Shown: positions 21,646 through 33,808 of the stretch, piece by piece
Position numbering within the stretch: position 1 is the first letter of the stretch
Layout: each line of letters opens with the position of its first letter
Source of the DNA: an uncultured Nitrososphaeraceae archaeon
GTDB lineage: Archaea > Thermoproteota > Nitrososphaeria > Nitrososphaerales > Nitrososphaeraceae
Length of the DNA: 64,000 nucleotides
Direction of reading: 5' to 3'
Assembly (NCBI GenBank): GCA_963765895.1
Contig: CAVXZB010000084.1
Span: forward strand, 256,001 to 320,000
The notes under the pieces: model-generated
Told to the model about the DNA's origin: nothing
Databases searched by the model: none
Seen by the model: only the letters and a program-made list of their open reading frames with translations
Position numbers and translations under genes: made by a program

Positions 21646-22102
21646 AGATACTATAATCAGCCTTGTCCATATTATAATCCTTTTAACTAATTAGTACAGT
21701 CACTTCAGATACGGGCCAAATCAATCATTCTAAACTTCTGAAACATGAGTCTATCACATGATGAATGGAGAAGAGTTTTCTCAGTATTCAATACTCTGAA
21801 ATGCACTATCTAACTAATTTAGCATTTAATAATCGCCCTAACAGATGCGACATTTATCATTGGGGCCAGTATACATAGATCGAATTCAGGAAATGAACTA
21901 ACACCCGCTAGCATGTTTTTATCTTGTCAATATGCGTCTAATCATTCAAATTTAGATTCTCGGAATAGTCACATTCATGTCAATTGTGAAGGTTCATAAT
22001 TGGTTAAGTGCTTCTAATCGAAAATAAAGCCTCTTCGTTAAATATTGCTAAGTTAGACACTACCTACAATTAATATAATGCTTGTGGCCTTTTTTTGTTA
22101 AA

Positions 22103-22186
22103 GCGGGGGTCGCCTAGCCTGGTAGGGCGTGGGATTGCTAATCCCATGTTCGAAAGAACTCGTGGGTTCGAATCCCACTCCCCGCG
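22103..22186 (+). tRNA. tRNA-Ser(GCT)
   Basis: GCGGGGG/TCCCCGC acceptor stem, TGGGA-TTGCTAA-TCCCA anticodon arm, long variable arm GTTC-GAAA-GAAC, GTGGG-TTCGAAT-CCCAC; TATA TTAATATA upstream. Confidence 0.95.
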
Positions 22187-22243
22187 CTTTACTTAGGAAT
22201 TCTTGCGTAAACTTATTAGATACGGTATGCACCTATTTCGTAC

Positions 22244-23675
22244 ATGAATATTGACGCTACAAGAGGCATATACAAAAGATCGATCAGGTTAGCTGGAAAC
22301 AGAGATAGATTCTTTTATACAATACAACTCAAAGCCATATTTTAGACAGGCATTGAAAAGACTGTCCACGGTCAACGCAAGGAGCGCTAATTTGATTTGT
22401 GATTATATCTTTGTTGAACAGACTGAGATCAATATTAAAGAGTTGACCAAAGAAGGAAAAATAAAAGTTTGACATGGTTATCAAACTACTTGGCAAACCA
22501 AATTTTTCGTCAAATGACCAAACAAGATATACTTACCTATCTAAACAGCCTAAAGTGACCTATATCAGAAGATCCTACTTACAAATGGATAGGCTCGTCA
22601 ATGAGCGGCAAATGATCTTGAATAAGTTTTTCAAATGGTTATACAGCCCTGATGAGCCAAATCCGAGTGAGAGGATAACTCAACCGTGTATGCAAGGGAC
22701 AAAGAACTTCTACGTCAAGAAAATCACCTTATAGGCATCAAACCTGTGGAACGTTCGGGAACATACCAGTTTCTTGAAGTACTGTCATAGCAAGCGCGAC
22801 AGGTGCTATCGCGCTACGGCTAATGATATGTCGGCAAGACCGCATGAAATACTGAATCTTAAAATAAAAGATCTAATATTCAGATAATTGAAGGCGGCAT
22901 CCAATTTGCAGAAGTTCTTATTACCGGCGGAAAGACAAGACCGAAAACTCTACCAATAATTGACTCAATACCTTAACTGAAGGATAGAATACACGACCAT
23001 CCTACTGATACCAAGCCTGATTCATGGTTGTTTGTATCTCTAGCCAATACTACATTTGTCTCAAAATTAACCTCTGACAGTCTCTTTGGACAGTATAATA
23101 TTATTATATTACAAAATTTTCGGAAGCTTATTGAGGACGAAGCAGTACATAAGGTGGATAAAGCGCTTATCAAAAATTTATTGACCAGGCCGTGAAATCT
23201 TTATATTTTCCGACATTCTCTCTAACAGAGAGAACTCTCCTAAAAGAACATGTTCTCCGAGATCATACTGGTTCGACAATGACAAGCAGGGATATTTCAA
23301 GTATATATTCTGTATTTTGGTAACTAATAATGAAGATCACTTCTTGAATCAAGAGTATTTTTAAAGGAAAAAGATAAAGGAGTATCAGCTTTAAGATCCA
23401 AACAATGTCCTAGCTGCACTGAATCCGACACGCATGGTTTAAAGTTCTGCGCCAAGTGTAGAATGGTACTGACATATAATGCGTATAATGAAACTATAGA
23501 TGAGAAGCAAATTAAGGATAAAGAAGTTGAGAATTTGCGAAATCAGATGGCTACTATGCAGGAAGCGCAGCGCGAAATATTAGATTTGCTAAAGTATCGT
23601 GCGAAGCTGTTGCAAGTTCGAAATAAAAAGATAAGTTACATGGCAATTCATCATGTGCTTTTAGGAATCGAGTAA
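22244..23675 (+). pseudogene. Decayed tyrosine recombinase/integrase with C-terminal Zn ribbon
   Basis: Fragments across frames: LNKFFKWLYSPD, SARPHEILNLKIKDL, GGKTRPKTLPIIDSIP, NLYIFRHS, KQCPSC...KFCAKCRMVLTYNAY; many stops and shifts; 58 bp downstream of tRNA-Ser. Confidence 0.85.
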
Positions 23676-25148
23676 TACTCATTTCTCTGTCTGCTTTGTT
23701 TACCAAGCCTTATCTGGTCACTTTGCATACGAAGCCATTCATACCAGATGTTTAGGTCATTGCGATAAAATCGAGGACCATTTCCTTGGCCGTAACCTTT
23801 AGCATATTTTCAGGTATTAACCTAGTATTTTCCATTTCGTTTGCTTCATATTTTAGCAGTTTTCCCTGGAGAATTGCGACGAAACATGATTATTGGCTCA
23901 CGCTTATCTTCATTTGATCCCTCAGAATTAAATGGATTTATTATTGAATTAGTAGATTTTACAATTGTTCTTAGCATCGCTATCAGACGAAATCTTTCAT
24001 GTCGCTTCAAAGACTTCTCAATTTTTTTCGGTCGACATAATCCTTATTTGGGCCAGCTATTAAAGTGGCGAATAATTCCTCCTTTCTCTTCATGAGTCAT
24101 TTCCTTTTGATTCTGACAAAGCATATACCCAATTAATAATCGCATCAAATCAGTATTAAGATCGTTTTTGTCGTAAAGGGCATTCATAAGTAGAAGCTAT
24201 ACCATACCAATCGGCATCATCTAATCATACAGACAGTATAAATCGCAGTATAATAACGAATTACCTATGTGATATGGTACCTGAGGACTTGTACGAGAAC
24301 TGAGTTACATATACTACTGCACTACATTCTACCGAACCTTCTGGAAATGTTATCAATTAGAATTACTATCGCAGGTGAATGTCTTCTAATAATATGCAGT
24401 ATATCACGTTAAAAACCTTTTCTAAAATGAGACATCAGATGGTTAGACTTATGCCTTGAGATGGTGACAAAATTTGTGTATATTCTATGAAGCGCTCCAA
24501 ATAATGCATTATAACGGCGGTGATAGTAGAGGATAAAAAAGTGAACGTCTATAATCGTGTCAGCACAGCACAGGTTTAACCTAAGCCTTGCAGGGCGCCT
24601 TGCTACATAAGGCAAGAGCTGCATTAGATTGTGCTAAAGCTGTATCCAGGATAGCCAGGAAAATTTTGTATTCTGTTACAGCTTTCCTTTTATATTGTGT
24701 CCTATATTCGTCACATAAATTCTTCTCTAGATTAGGAAAAACCTTGGTATCCATGGTATTAGGCGACCCATCCAATTCTATGCCACCTGGACCGCTTCCA
24801 GAACATGATTTAAGGAGTCCATATCTGTTGGATTTTTATATGTTTTACATTATGCTACATATATATCGGATCGTACCTATAACAAACTAAAAATATCGGA
24901 ATATCTCCCAAAGCTTCGTTCCATTATAATCACTAACTATGCAGTTACATATAGTAAAAATAACCTGTATGATTTGCAATCCCCATTGTTATAGTTCGGT
25001 CTATAAATTGTCCAGTTAGTTTAGATGAACCTGTGCTTGCTCCTCCTGTCCGAAGAAGAAAAAAGCTCACTTAGATTCTATAACATAAATCTACCTTTAT
25101 GTTATAGAATGCATTTATAATTTCATACATAATAATTTTCTATATAAA

Positions 25149-26205
25149 TTGGAGCATAATCTATCACTATTGCTTATTATTTTAATACTCATTGGAATTT
25201 GGTCTTATGTTGCTACCTCTAATTACCCATATTGGAATGCCCAGAAAACTAGCCTAGCAGCAACAAAAATAAGTCCTTCAGGAATAAGTTCCCCTACTAA
25301 TTCGTCTTCAATCAAGTTAAAGACAGTTGTAACTAACGTTGATTTAATTCCCAAAATAAAAATCCTATCACCACGTGACGGTCAATTGGTTCAAAGAACT
25401 AATAATAATCTCCTTGTCGTCGCTGGCACTTCATCAGATGACAGATCAAAGGATTGTAGAGTTTCAGGTACTTTTGAATGGTATAAAACCATACCAAAAG
25501 ACTAGTGCGGCAGGAACCAACGGAATCAATGATTATTCTATCTGGAAATACAGGCTAGATCCGAGCTATACTGTAATTAAAGCAGGATCTAACAAATTAA
25601 CTGCAAAAATTACTTGTCTTGGCTATCCTTATAGTTTGAGTAAATGGACAAGTGTAGATCTAATCGGAACGAGAAATGATAATGACACAATTACTTCTGG
25701 TGCAGCCGACCCAGTATCATTACGAATATCGATTAGTGTGGATAAAAATCCAATTACTGCAGGAGATATACAGACTATTACTGTGAAGGTTCGTAATCCA
25801 GGTCCTCTGAATTCAGCTAGTAGTGGAGCTAATGTAAGCGGACAAGTTATTGATTTGTCATCCTTCGTATCTTCCTCTTTTCCTTCTAAAAATACGAACG
25901 TGGTCGTGGAACAATTTGGCGGTAATACAGATAAAAATGGTGAGGTTTCATATTCATGGAAAGTACCTGGGAATACTCCAATAGGGACACCTTATATAGT
26001 AAAGGTAGATGCTTTATCGAGCAAGTACAACGGGAGATCAGAATCCAATATATTTACTGTAAAACCATCATCAAATAACTATGAGCCTTTTATTTTAGCT
26101 CAAGCCAGCAGTAACTTTACTAATGGTTTGAATAACAATATAAAGAATTTTACTCGGAACGTATTCAACACGGTCAGAAATAGCTTAGAAAACAATCTGA
26201 GATAA
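25149..26205 (+). CDS. Secreted/surface protein with Ig-like domains (+1 frameshift near 25468)
   Basis: Signal/TM segment; ORFs 25149-25505 and 25375-26205 join as DCRVSVLLNGIKPYQK; Ser/Thr/Asn-rich beta-strand pattern. Confidence 0.65.
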
Positions 26206-26536
26206 AGAAAGGTTCTACATTATCCTGGATAATGTAAGCACTGAATAGGATAACTCTATCTTCCCTACATGAATCTATAGATTGGACTTTATGATTACGT
26301 ATGATTGTTATACAATAGAACATATAACTGAGTTCTTTAGCTAGTGTTACCTAAAACGATAGAGTTGATCAAGTAACAACTCAGCGATTGACACTAATGG
26401 TAAACTTGCAGAGGAGCTTTTTTATCGTAGTGATTAAAGAAATGAAAAATTGGATAGGAATATGTCTCAATAGACGAAGACCACAATTACTACAAAATTT
26501 AGGCTTACTATAGTAAACCCTATCATATCTTGAACA

Positions 26537-26990
26537 CTAGTATGAGATCTTAGTCTCCCCAAGCAAAGTACGGCGCAGATTTTTCATCCTGATGATGAGT
26601 GTGTTAAAATCTTCTAAAGTCATCTTCTCAATCCCCTCGATTTTGTCTTTTAAAGTTGACTTCGTTTCATCATCAAATAATCTGGGCCGACCTCCCGTCT
26701 TTGAATTTAACCTTGACTCCACGCTGCGATCTTCTCTGTGAAAGGATATTTACTAAGGTTACAATTATTCCAGTCCCTGAGAACATAACTATACAACAAT
26801 TAGTCGACCGACGGAGGTGACCAGATAATAATCACCATATCCTACAGTTGTAATTGTAACTATAGCCCAGCAAAATGTGTCACCTAAGCTAGTTATTCGC
26901 GCCTTGTTGCTGGTGTTCGGCTAGATACACGCCAATACCACCAAATATCATGATTGTAAAATTAGGATTATTAGAATAACAAAATCAAAT
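26537..26990 (-). pseudogene. Potassium channel (KcsA-type pore) remnant
   Basis: ITSLGDTFCWAIVTITTVGYGDYYLVTSVGRLI (filter TTVGYGD at 26831-26851) followed by stop/shift; track ORF 26537-26722 is probably the cytoplasmic tail. Confidence 0.75.
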
Positions 26991-27487
26991 TTTATCTTTA
27001 GGAATGTGTAGAGGCGATCACTTCTCATGAATAGAATATTGTTGGGCCATTATGTACAAAATATAGCTCCTACACGTGATAAATTGCGAGAGCGTTAACA
27101 TAAAATTCGAATTTCCTAGTCTGGGCTCGGTACCGTCTTCTAGAATCTAACCACATGAATAATATTTCTAATTCTGAAAAATTAAAGAAAATAACAAGAA
27201 ATGTAAATGACAGTTAGATATAGAAATCAATTTTTCTACATTTTACAGGTGGGATTAAAGGTACATATCTACTATTAATCTCTAGCTTTATCCTATGTCT
27301 TGTATATATTGCTGTATTTCCATTCTATTCACCATGCGGATCAACTATTATATGCCAAGAATCCCCGAATATGACTCTTGGGTCGAATCCCCATTCCAAC
27401 GTAATGCGTGACCGACACACTATCATTCTCCACGTGAAACACCAAACTGACGTCAAGAATGTGTTAGGGATGTGACGTTCGATTATA

Positions 27488-28036
27488 CTATTTAATCATA
27501 TCAGTCTCTTGCTCTGGGTGTACTTGTTGGTGGTAACACCTGCTCTCTGGGCCTGATGAAATATAGTTTAGGATATTTTGTTTGGTTGTTGAATAAGATC
27601 CCTTTCCTCTAATTTTATCGTGGATCTCTTCGGTACCATCTAGGGAAATCCAGTAGAAATATAATTTTTCAAATCGTCTTAGAGGGAATGTTCCATTTGT
27701 TACAACACATATTCTTCTTGGCATTTCCTCGCAGAAAGCCTCTATAATATCTGGACGCATAGTTGGCTCGCCTCCCACCAGTGTAACGACAAATATTTGT
27801 TGTTTTTTAAATGTATTTTTAATTATTATTCTCCAATCCTGTGCGCTTAGGTCTTCTGAATCATTTTTTCTATTCAACCACCAGTAGCAATGACTACAAT
27901 GTAAATTACAGACATTGTTAACGTCTACCGAGCCGTAAATAGCCGGTTTTGCCTTAGTTATTTTAATCCAAGCAACTATCACAATAATACTGGAATAACT
28001 TTCTCAAAGTAAAATATCGGCGGTTGAAAAACCCAT
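27488..28036 (-). pseudogene. Radical SAM protein, in-frame TGA at codon 11 and C-terminally truncated
   Basis: MGFSTADILL*ESYSS.. then CNLHCSHC, GGEPT, TNG, ISLDG..HD.IRG.GSY; barrel ends prematurely near 27545. Confidence 0.75.
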
Positions 28037-28375
28037 TCCTGATTTGGATTTTGGAAACAGATACAAGATATCAACTTGTAAAAGAATGAACTCCCGTATG
28101 TGCTATGCTACCGAGAATGCTGGTAAGCATTGCTTGTTTTCGCTTTCAGGTGTTAAGTTTAGAGGTCAAAATATTTTAGGTACCGTTGTCTAATTTTGAT
28201 TCTTGTTACAAAGATCCAGATTAATACCGTCTGCAAGCGAATTATGCATAAATACCACTATTTCAATAGATTATCATTGTCATTATAATCACGGCACAGT
28301 CTCGCTAAGGTAAGGATTAAGTGATAAATAAAAACCTAAAAAAATGGGTAGATTGATTATTTATTGGACTAACAT

Positions 28376-29263
28376 ATGAATCAATCTACAGAGACCATAC
28401 CCCTAAGCTTCAATAAATTGTATCCCTTCATAAAATGGGCTGGAGGAAAATCCCAAATCCTTTCCACAATAGATGGCTTGATTCCAGCATACTTTGGCAG
28501 ATATTTCGAACCATTCCTTGGCGGTGGCGCAGTGTTTCTGCATATAACTAACAAAAAGAAAATTCATTTTGATGCCTTTCTGTCAGACTTAAATGAAGAA
28601 TTAATTAACGCATATACCGTTGTAAGATCGAATAGTGAAAGACTAATTGAGATTTTAATCACTCATGAACAGGAATATAACATATCTCCGGCTAGGTTTT
28701 ATTATAATTTGCGGGATAGCTCCATTCCGCTCAGAAGGAATTTAGTTGAGAGGGTGGCAAGGTTTATTACGCTTAATAAGACATGTTATAACGGTCTTTA
28801 TAGGGTAAACAAGCAGGGTAAGTTCAATGTTCCTATGGGCAGATACAAAAATCCATGCATATGCGATCACGACAACCTTCGGAATTTTAGTAAAGTTCTT
28901 CGAAAGTCCAGTACTCGTATAGAACGCGGTGATTATAAACGAATATTGCTCGAAAATGCGGCGGAGGGTGACTTTGTTTATCTGGATCCGCCGTATGATC
29001 CCACAGGCCCAACTGCTGGATTTACAGGATATACTGACTCTGGCTTCACTTACAAAGATCAATATGAGCTTGCAAATTTGTTCAAGGAACTCGACGATAG
29101 AAAATGTCTAATTCTGCTTAGCAATTCTTATACACCATTGATCAGAGAATTATACTATGGATTTAAAAATATAAAAATGGTGAGTACCTTGAGAGCTATA
29201 AATTCAAATGCGTCAAGACGCACAGGACATACTGAACTATTGATATCCAACTACAGGACATAA
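28376..29263 (+). CDS. dam: Dam-family (D12 class) N6-adenine DNA methyltransferase
   Basis: KWAGGK, YFEPFLGGGAV, SDLN, NGLYRVN..GKFNVPMG, YLDPPY, LSNS, ELLISNY. Confidence 0.9.
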   Translation: MNQSTETIPLSFNKLYPFIKWAGGKSQILSTIDGLIPAYFGRYFEPFLGGGAVFLHITNKKKIHFDAFLSDLNEELINAYTVVRSNSERLIEILITHEQEYNISPARFYYNLRDSSIPLRRNLVERVARFITLNKTCYNGLYRVNKQGKFNVPMGRYKNPCICDHDNLRNFSKVLRKSSTRIERGDYKRILLENAAEGDFVYLDPPYDPTGPTAGFTGYTDSGFTYKDQYELANLFKELDDRKCLILLSNSYTPLIRELYYGFKNIKMVSTLRAINSNASRRTGHTELLISNYRT

Positions 29264-29463
29264 GTCGCGGTATCTCGAATATGACAACGTTGGAGAGCAG
29301 GATTTAAAATTATGCTAAATATTATGAGGTAACATGTGAAATGGAAATCAAGATTCTAGCTATTCTCGGTTAAAAACAAACATGATAGCCGCCATCGTCG
29401 AATAATGTATAATAAATATCACCATAAAGCCTATAATCTAAATATGATAAGTTATTAATCAAG

Positions 29464-30157
29464 TTGCATCAGAAAAATTTTGCTAAAGATCATGGAGGCA
29501 GAGTGTTGGAAAATCCAAAGATACAGATTATTCTTTGGGGAGAAAAATGGGAGATTAGTCGAAACAGCAAAATTTTTAGAAACCAGATAGAAGTCGCGCT
29601 TCGCAAGATATTTGATAGTGATTATTTTGTAAAGCTATGTCAATATAGGAATATTCACAAGCCTTCGTTACTGAATATAGTAACAAATACTATATCTAAA
29701 GCTCCGAATTCCTTTACTGATCGTCACATGCAAAATGTCATAATAGATCTGTTATTGAATGGAACTCTGTCCTACGATCATGACACAGCATATATTTTAA
29801 TACCTACGGATGATATGAAATTGTATAATGAAGACCCAGAATTCGTAGATGGTGGCCACGATTATTTCAGGTATAAATTGCATAATGTCCACACTCCTAT
29901 TAGGATACCGTTTGGATATATAATTAATTTCAATGAAATTGAGCAAATAACATTGACTTGCACTCACGAGATTGTCGAGATCGTGACTAATCCTGAGTAC
30001 CGATGGCATATTTGGGCATTCACGAATGTGTAAATATCCCGAAGACAATCAATGCGAACTTGCGGATATTTGCGAGAATGAGTCTGATCGTGCCATTATT
30101 TCAAACATTCTGGTCTCAAGGTACTGGTCTAATGTCGACCAAATGTGTGTTGCATGA
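29464..30157 (+). CDS. Hypothetical protein, PHI-1/EXORDIUM-like (+1 frameshift near 29996)
   Basis: HGGRVL..IILWG..W, GGH, THEIVEIVTNP, restored tail ELADICE...YWSN..QMCVA. Confidence 0.5.
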
Positions 30158-31029
30158 TACTACAGAACAGATATAATATAGGATTTATTAATATGCTGAA
30201 AGAAATAAAATATTGTTTACGTGTTGATCTTAGCAACAAGAATTTTTAGAAATAGATGGTCAAAGGGTATAGTTTATAACGCAAGACCAGATAAGAACAG
30301 TCGGGGGATCGCGAGTCAAGCTCGTAAAATAAAATCTTTCCAAGTTTGCTATGACTCCTCTAGTTGTGTTCTTTGATATTTGTTCGAATGTCTTTGGTAT
30401 TGATATCTTCTCTTAATAATTCCTTCGGGTTGTCCGCTTATTGTAACGTTATTTTGTAGGCCTTTGCGTCCGGAAACGTCATGTTGTTGACAAGTCTTGT
30501 CGTAGTAATGACGTTATCAGCAAAAGTCCCCCTAACATAGACATAAGCGAATGCATTTGATGATGATGTCCAACTATTAGAAAATCTATAGGCATTTCGA
30601 AATATTGACTCAAAGCAAACTGTGACTGGGTGAGACTTTCTCGTATAGAATCCCATAACTATCCACCATCTCCTTCATTGCTTTAATATCTGCTCATAAT
30701 ATTCTTTAGCGGTGTTAGTGTAACGGGGGGCTGTCCTTATTTCCTCTATTGATTTTTTATGTGGGTCTTAGTTTCATCAAAGGCTTTGTTAAAGTTATCA
30801 TGATATTCAGCAAAAATTATTTCTGTAGCAGTTAGGCTAAATAGTTCAGAAAACAAAGATGCATCATATTGGCCTGCTGAATGTGTCTCATTTGGCTACT
30901 TGGCAACACAATCCTCATGCAAAAGTTTTTTGGATATATTTCCAGCTAATAATGTGCCAATAGTTGGAAATCCAGCCATATGACTATAATATAGTAAGTA
31001 TAAATGTGTTAATAGGAGGATGAAGAGTT

Positions 31030-31389
31030 GTGGTTGTTAAGATCGATTTGTCGCACCTTCCGGTTGGCCTAAAGTCCATCATCATGAATAGCCAAGAGTT
31101 TTCTTTACTTACCAAAGAAAATCATTATGATAAGAATGACGATCTTGTTTGTCTAGAGTTGCCTCAGGAGAATACGGACGAAATAATCAAGATTTTAACT
31201 GTGATCCTATCAAAGAGTAATATAGAGGGGTACAGTGTTGTAGAAAATATGATCGACAAGAACGAAATTGCCATCCTAAAATCTGGAGATATAGAAGAGC
31301 TAGGCATATTTATTTGTGCTCATTGCGGAACCCCATTTCAAAGTCATGAACAAATGATGATACATCAACGTATGCATTATATTTTTTAA
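31030..31389 (+). CDS. Protein with C-terminal C2H2 zinc finger
   Basis: FICAHCGTPF.S..QMMIHQRMH. Confidence 0.75.
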   Translation: MVVKIDLSHLPVGLKSIIMNSQEFSLLTKENHYDKNDDLVCLELPQENTDEIIKILTVILSKSNIEGYSVVENMIDKNEIAILKSGDIEELGIFICAHCGTPFQSHEQMMIHQRMHYIF

Positions 31390-31566
31390 CTGATAACCAG
31401 ATTTGATCCACAACACAAACCGTACATAATCTTACAAGCATACTAATCCTTTATTCGTGAGCTGATTTCCACATCATTCAGCTTTCTATCTAAAACATGT
31501 CAATAAACAAATATCAAGTCCAGTCGCTTAAATTCATATGCCCAAATAAGTAATTAAGGCTATTAA

Positions 31567-32100
31567 TTGCAAGACCTGTATGCCACAATAATCTACGTAG
31601 CACTTTTAATACCGTCATTGTTAGTTGTCAAAGAAACCAGAATGAGAATATCGAATTTTCATTCTGGGATTAGAACTCTATACTTCTTACCAATAACTGT
31701 GGCAGCATTATTAGGATATGTATTCTTCGTAATGCCTGTACTATCTCGTTTTCCTATACTAAATCTCTCTTGGCTTGGCTACAATGTAGCCGCTGGCCCT
31801 TTAGCCCATCAAGGCATTATTGGGGTAATTCCATTTGTTCCGTTGCTTGTTTACATGATGATCCACGTAAATTACTTTGAAGAGTATTATTTCAGGAAGA
31901 ATTCGAAACGTGTACTGATATGGGGATTTTTGCATATCCTCATGGGTGTATCGCTTAACGCAGTGTTCATATTATTACCACTGGGGTTCTTTTATAAATA
32001 TGTCTACAGCAAATACGGTATTAATTATGCATATGCCTTACACTTTGCAACGAATATTGCACTAATAGTAGTAACAGTCTGTTCATATTTTTTCATTTAG
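31567..32100 (+). CDS. CPBP/Abi-like intramembrane protein
   Basis: Multiple TM segments, FEEYYFR, WGFLH, ALHFATN. Confidence 0.65.
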   Translation: MQDLYATIIYVALLIPSLLVVKETRMRISNFHSGIRTLYFLPITVAALLGYVFFVMPVLSRFPILNLSWLGYNVAAGPLAHQGIIGVIPFVPLLVYMMIHVNYFEEYYFRKNSKRVLIWGFLHILMGVSLNAVFILLPLGFFYKYVYSKYGINYAYALHFATNIALIVVTVCSYFFI

Positions 32101-32359
32101 TATATACCTGTCTTTAATATTATTTTTCCATATTTAAGCGGAGTCACCTATTGAGTTCACACTCCTTAAGATGATGTTAATGAGATCACAAAGCTCAATT
32201 CGGCTTTCAATGACTATTCAGTATTGTGCAATTCTTGTTATAATTTAATCCGGGCAAATCTAGTTCTATAAACGTTAATTGTAGCCAGCGAGAACTTGTG
32301 TATTATCAGCCTTGATTTATCTTTTTTTCAAGTTATAATTTAAGATTGAAAAGGTTTGA

Positions 32360-33808
32360 CTATATTAGCTTTGATTGTTTTGATGACATTAACTTATTTA
32401 TATCACTATTCTGCTTTTCATACGTGCATGCAAATGACAGCATCTTACCTTCTCCAAGTTCAGGACCTATCAGTTGGGCCCCTACAGGTAGATTCTTGCT
32501 TGTCAGGCCGATCGGGATGCTAATGGCTGGCAGGCCTATACTATTAAATAGAACAGTATTTCTAAGTAAAGCCTATCGAGTTCGCAAAACTTTACCATTC
32601 ACTTTGATCTTTACTAGTTCTGAGAATAATGGAGCAGTAACTATCGTAGTAGGAACTATGATTATATTGAAACATCCCGAAGACAGTCTTCGAGAAAATT
32701 CCGCCCTTATTTCTCCTATTATTTTTTTAGAATTTAGATAATCATATGCCAGTACTTGTTTACCTTCTATAAGGAGTTTTCTAACTTTTTTACTGTAGTT
32801 GTGTATCTATACGTTCAATCCATACATGTGTATCTCTGACGTCTCCGCTAGCCTAATCCTTTTCCATGTTTCGAAATACCTTTTCGGTATTATGCAATTT
32901 AATATTATATATTTTTGATACTATAGGTCTCAATCGATCTAGAAAATTATAGAAACACTTTTCAACCTCTGGATCCAAATACTTCATGAAATATCCACTT
33001 GGAACTCCATCGATATTGGTTCAACCGTCGGTTTTTCGATGATTTTTGTATACGCAGCCTTCTTGCTTTGAATAGTCGTCAAGTCAACTCGATCCCATCC
33101 AGTAGTATATTCTAATACTGCCGCTATATCCCAAACACTTTTAGATATAATGCCAACGTGATCTAATGACGGCGAAATCGGTATGACACCATGTCTACTA
33201 ACTAGTCCATAGGTAGGTTTTAACCCAATTACTCCGCACAGAGAAGATGGGACTCTTACAGAGCCACCGGTATCTGTTCCTATCGAAATTGGAATCATTC
33301 CACTCGATACCGCTGCAGCAGAACCTCCGCTAGAGCCTCATGATATTCTAAAAACATTCCACGGATTTCTACTATTGCCATAAAATTGGTTCACACCCGT
33401 GATCCCAGATGCAAATTCATTCAAGTTGTTTTTGCCAATTAGGATTGCACCAGATTTTTTCATTCTCTTCACTATCGAGGCGTCGTAGGATGGTATGTAG
33501 CTAGATAAGATTCTAGAGCCTGCAGTGCATCTAAGATTTTTTACAAAAAAATTATCTTTGACAGAGAAGTGTATTCCATGAAGCGGGCCTCTGTAGCATT
33601 TGAGCTTTATGTCTCTCTCTGCGTTTCTAGCGGTTTCACATATATCATTTTCATTTGCGATTGAAATGAACGTATCATATAATCGATCTAATCTTTTAAC
33701 TCTTATAAGACAAGATTCCACTAACTCCACAGACGAAATTTCTAAATTTTCAATTTTTTCTGATAATTCTTTAACCGAAAGGTGACATAATTTTTGCTCC
33801 AGGTTCAT
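32360..33808 (-). pseudogene. Amidase signature (GatA/AtzE-like) pseudogene
   Basis: [30 protein letters not shown] (GGA to TGA at 33338-33340), [11 protein letters not shown], further shifts after 32984, C-terminal GLPAISIP..PVGAQL. Confidence 0.85.

Larger units (their letters stand above)
22187..27401. mobile_element. Remnant of tRNA-Ser-integrated element
   Basis: Integrase pseudogene next to tRNA and degenerate tRNA 3'-half copy at ~27355-27401. Confidence 0.5.

Noticed and set aside
23680-24890. Short ORFs within the island (23841-24095, 24409-24624, 24581-24775, 24588-24890)
   Set aside because: No motifs; probably debris of decayed cargo genes
30438-30981. Decayed minus-strand gene, vaguely UspA-like (PIDFLIVGHHH...GTFADNVI)
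   Set aside because: Too fragmented to assign by eye
33338-33340. In-frame TGA in the amidase (also TGA at 28004-28006 in the radical SAM gene) as possible selenocysteine or recoding
   Set aside because: Positions are not Cys-like, TGA is used as a normal stop throughout, and both genes carry additional lesions
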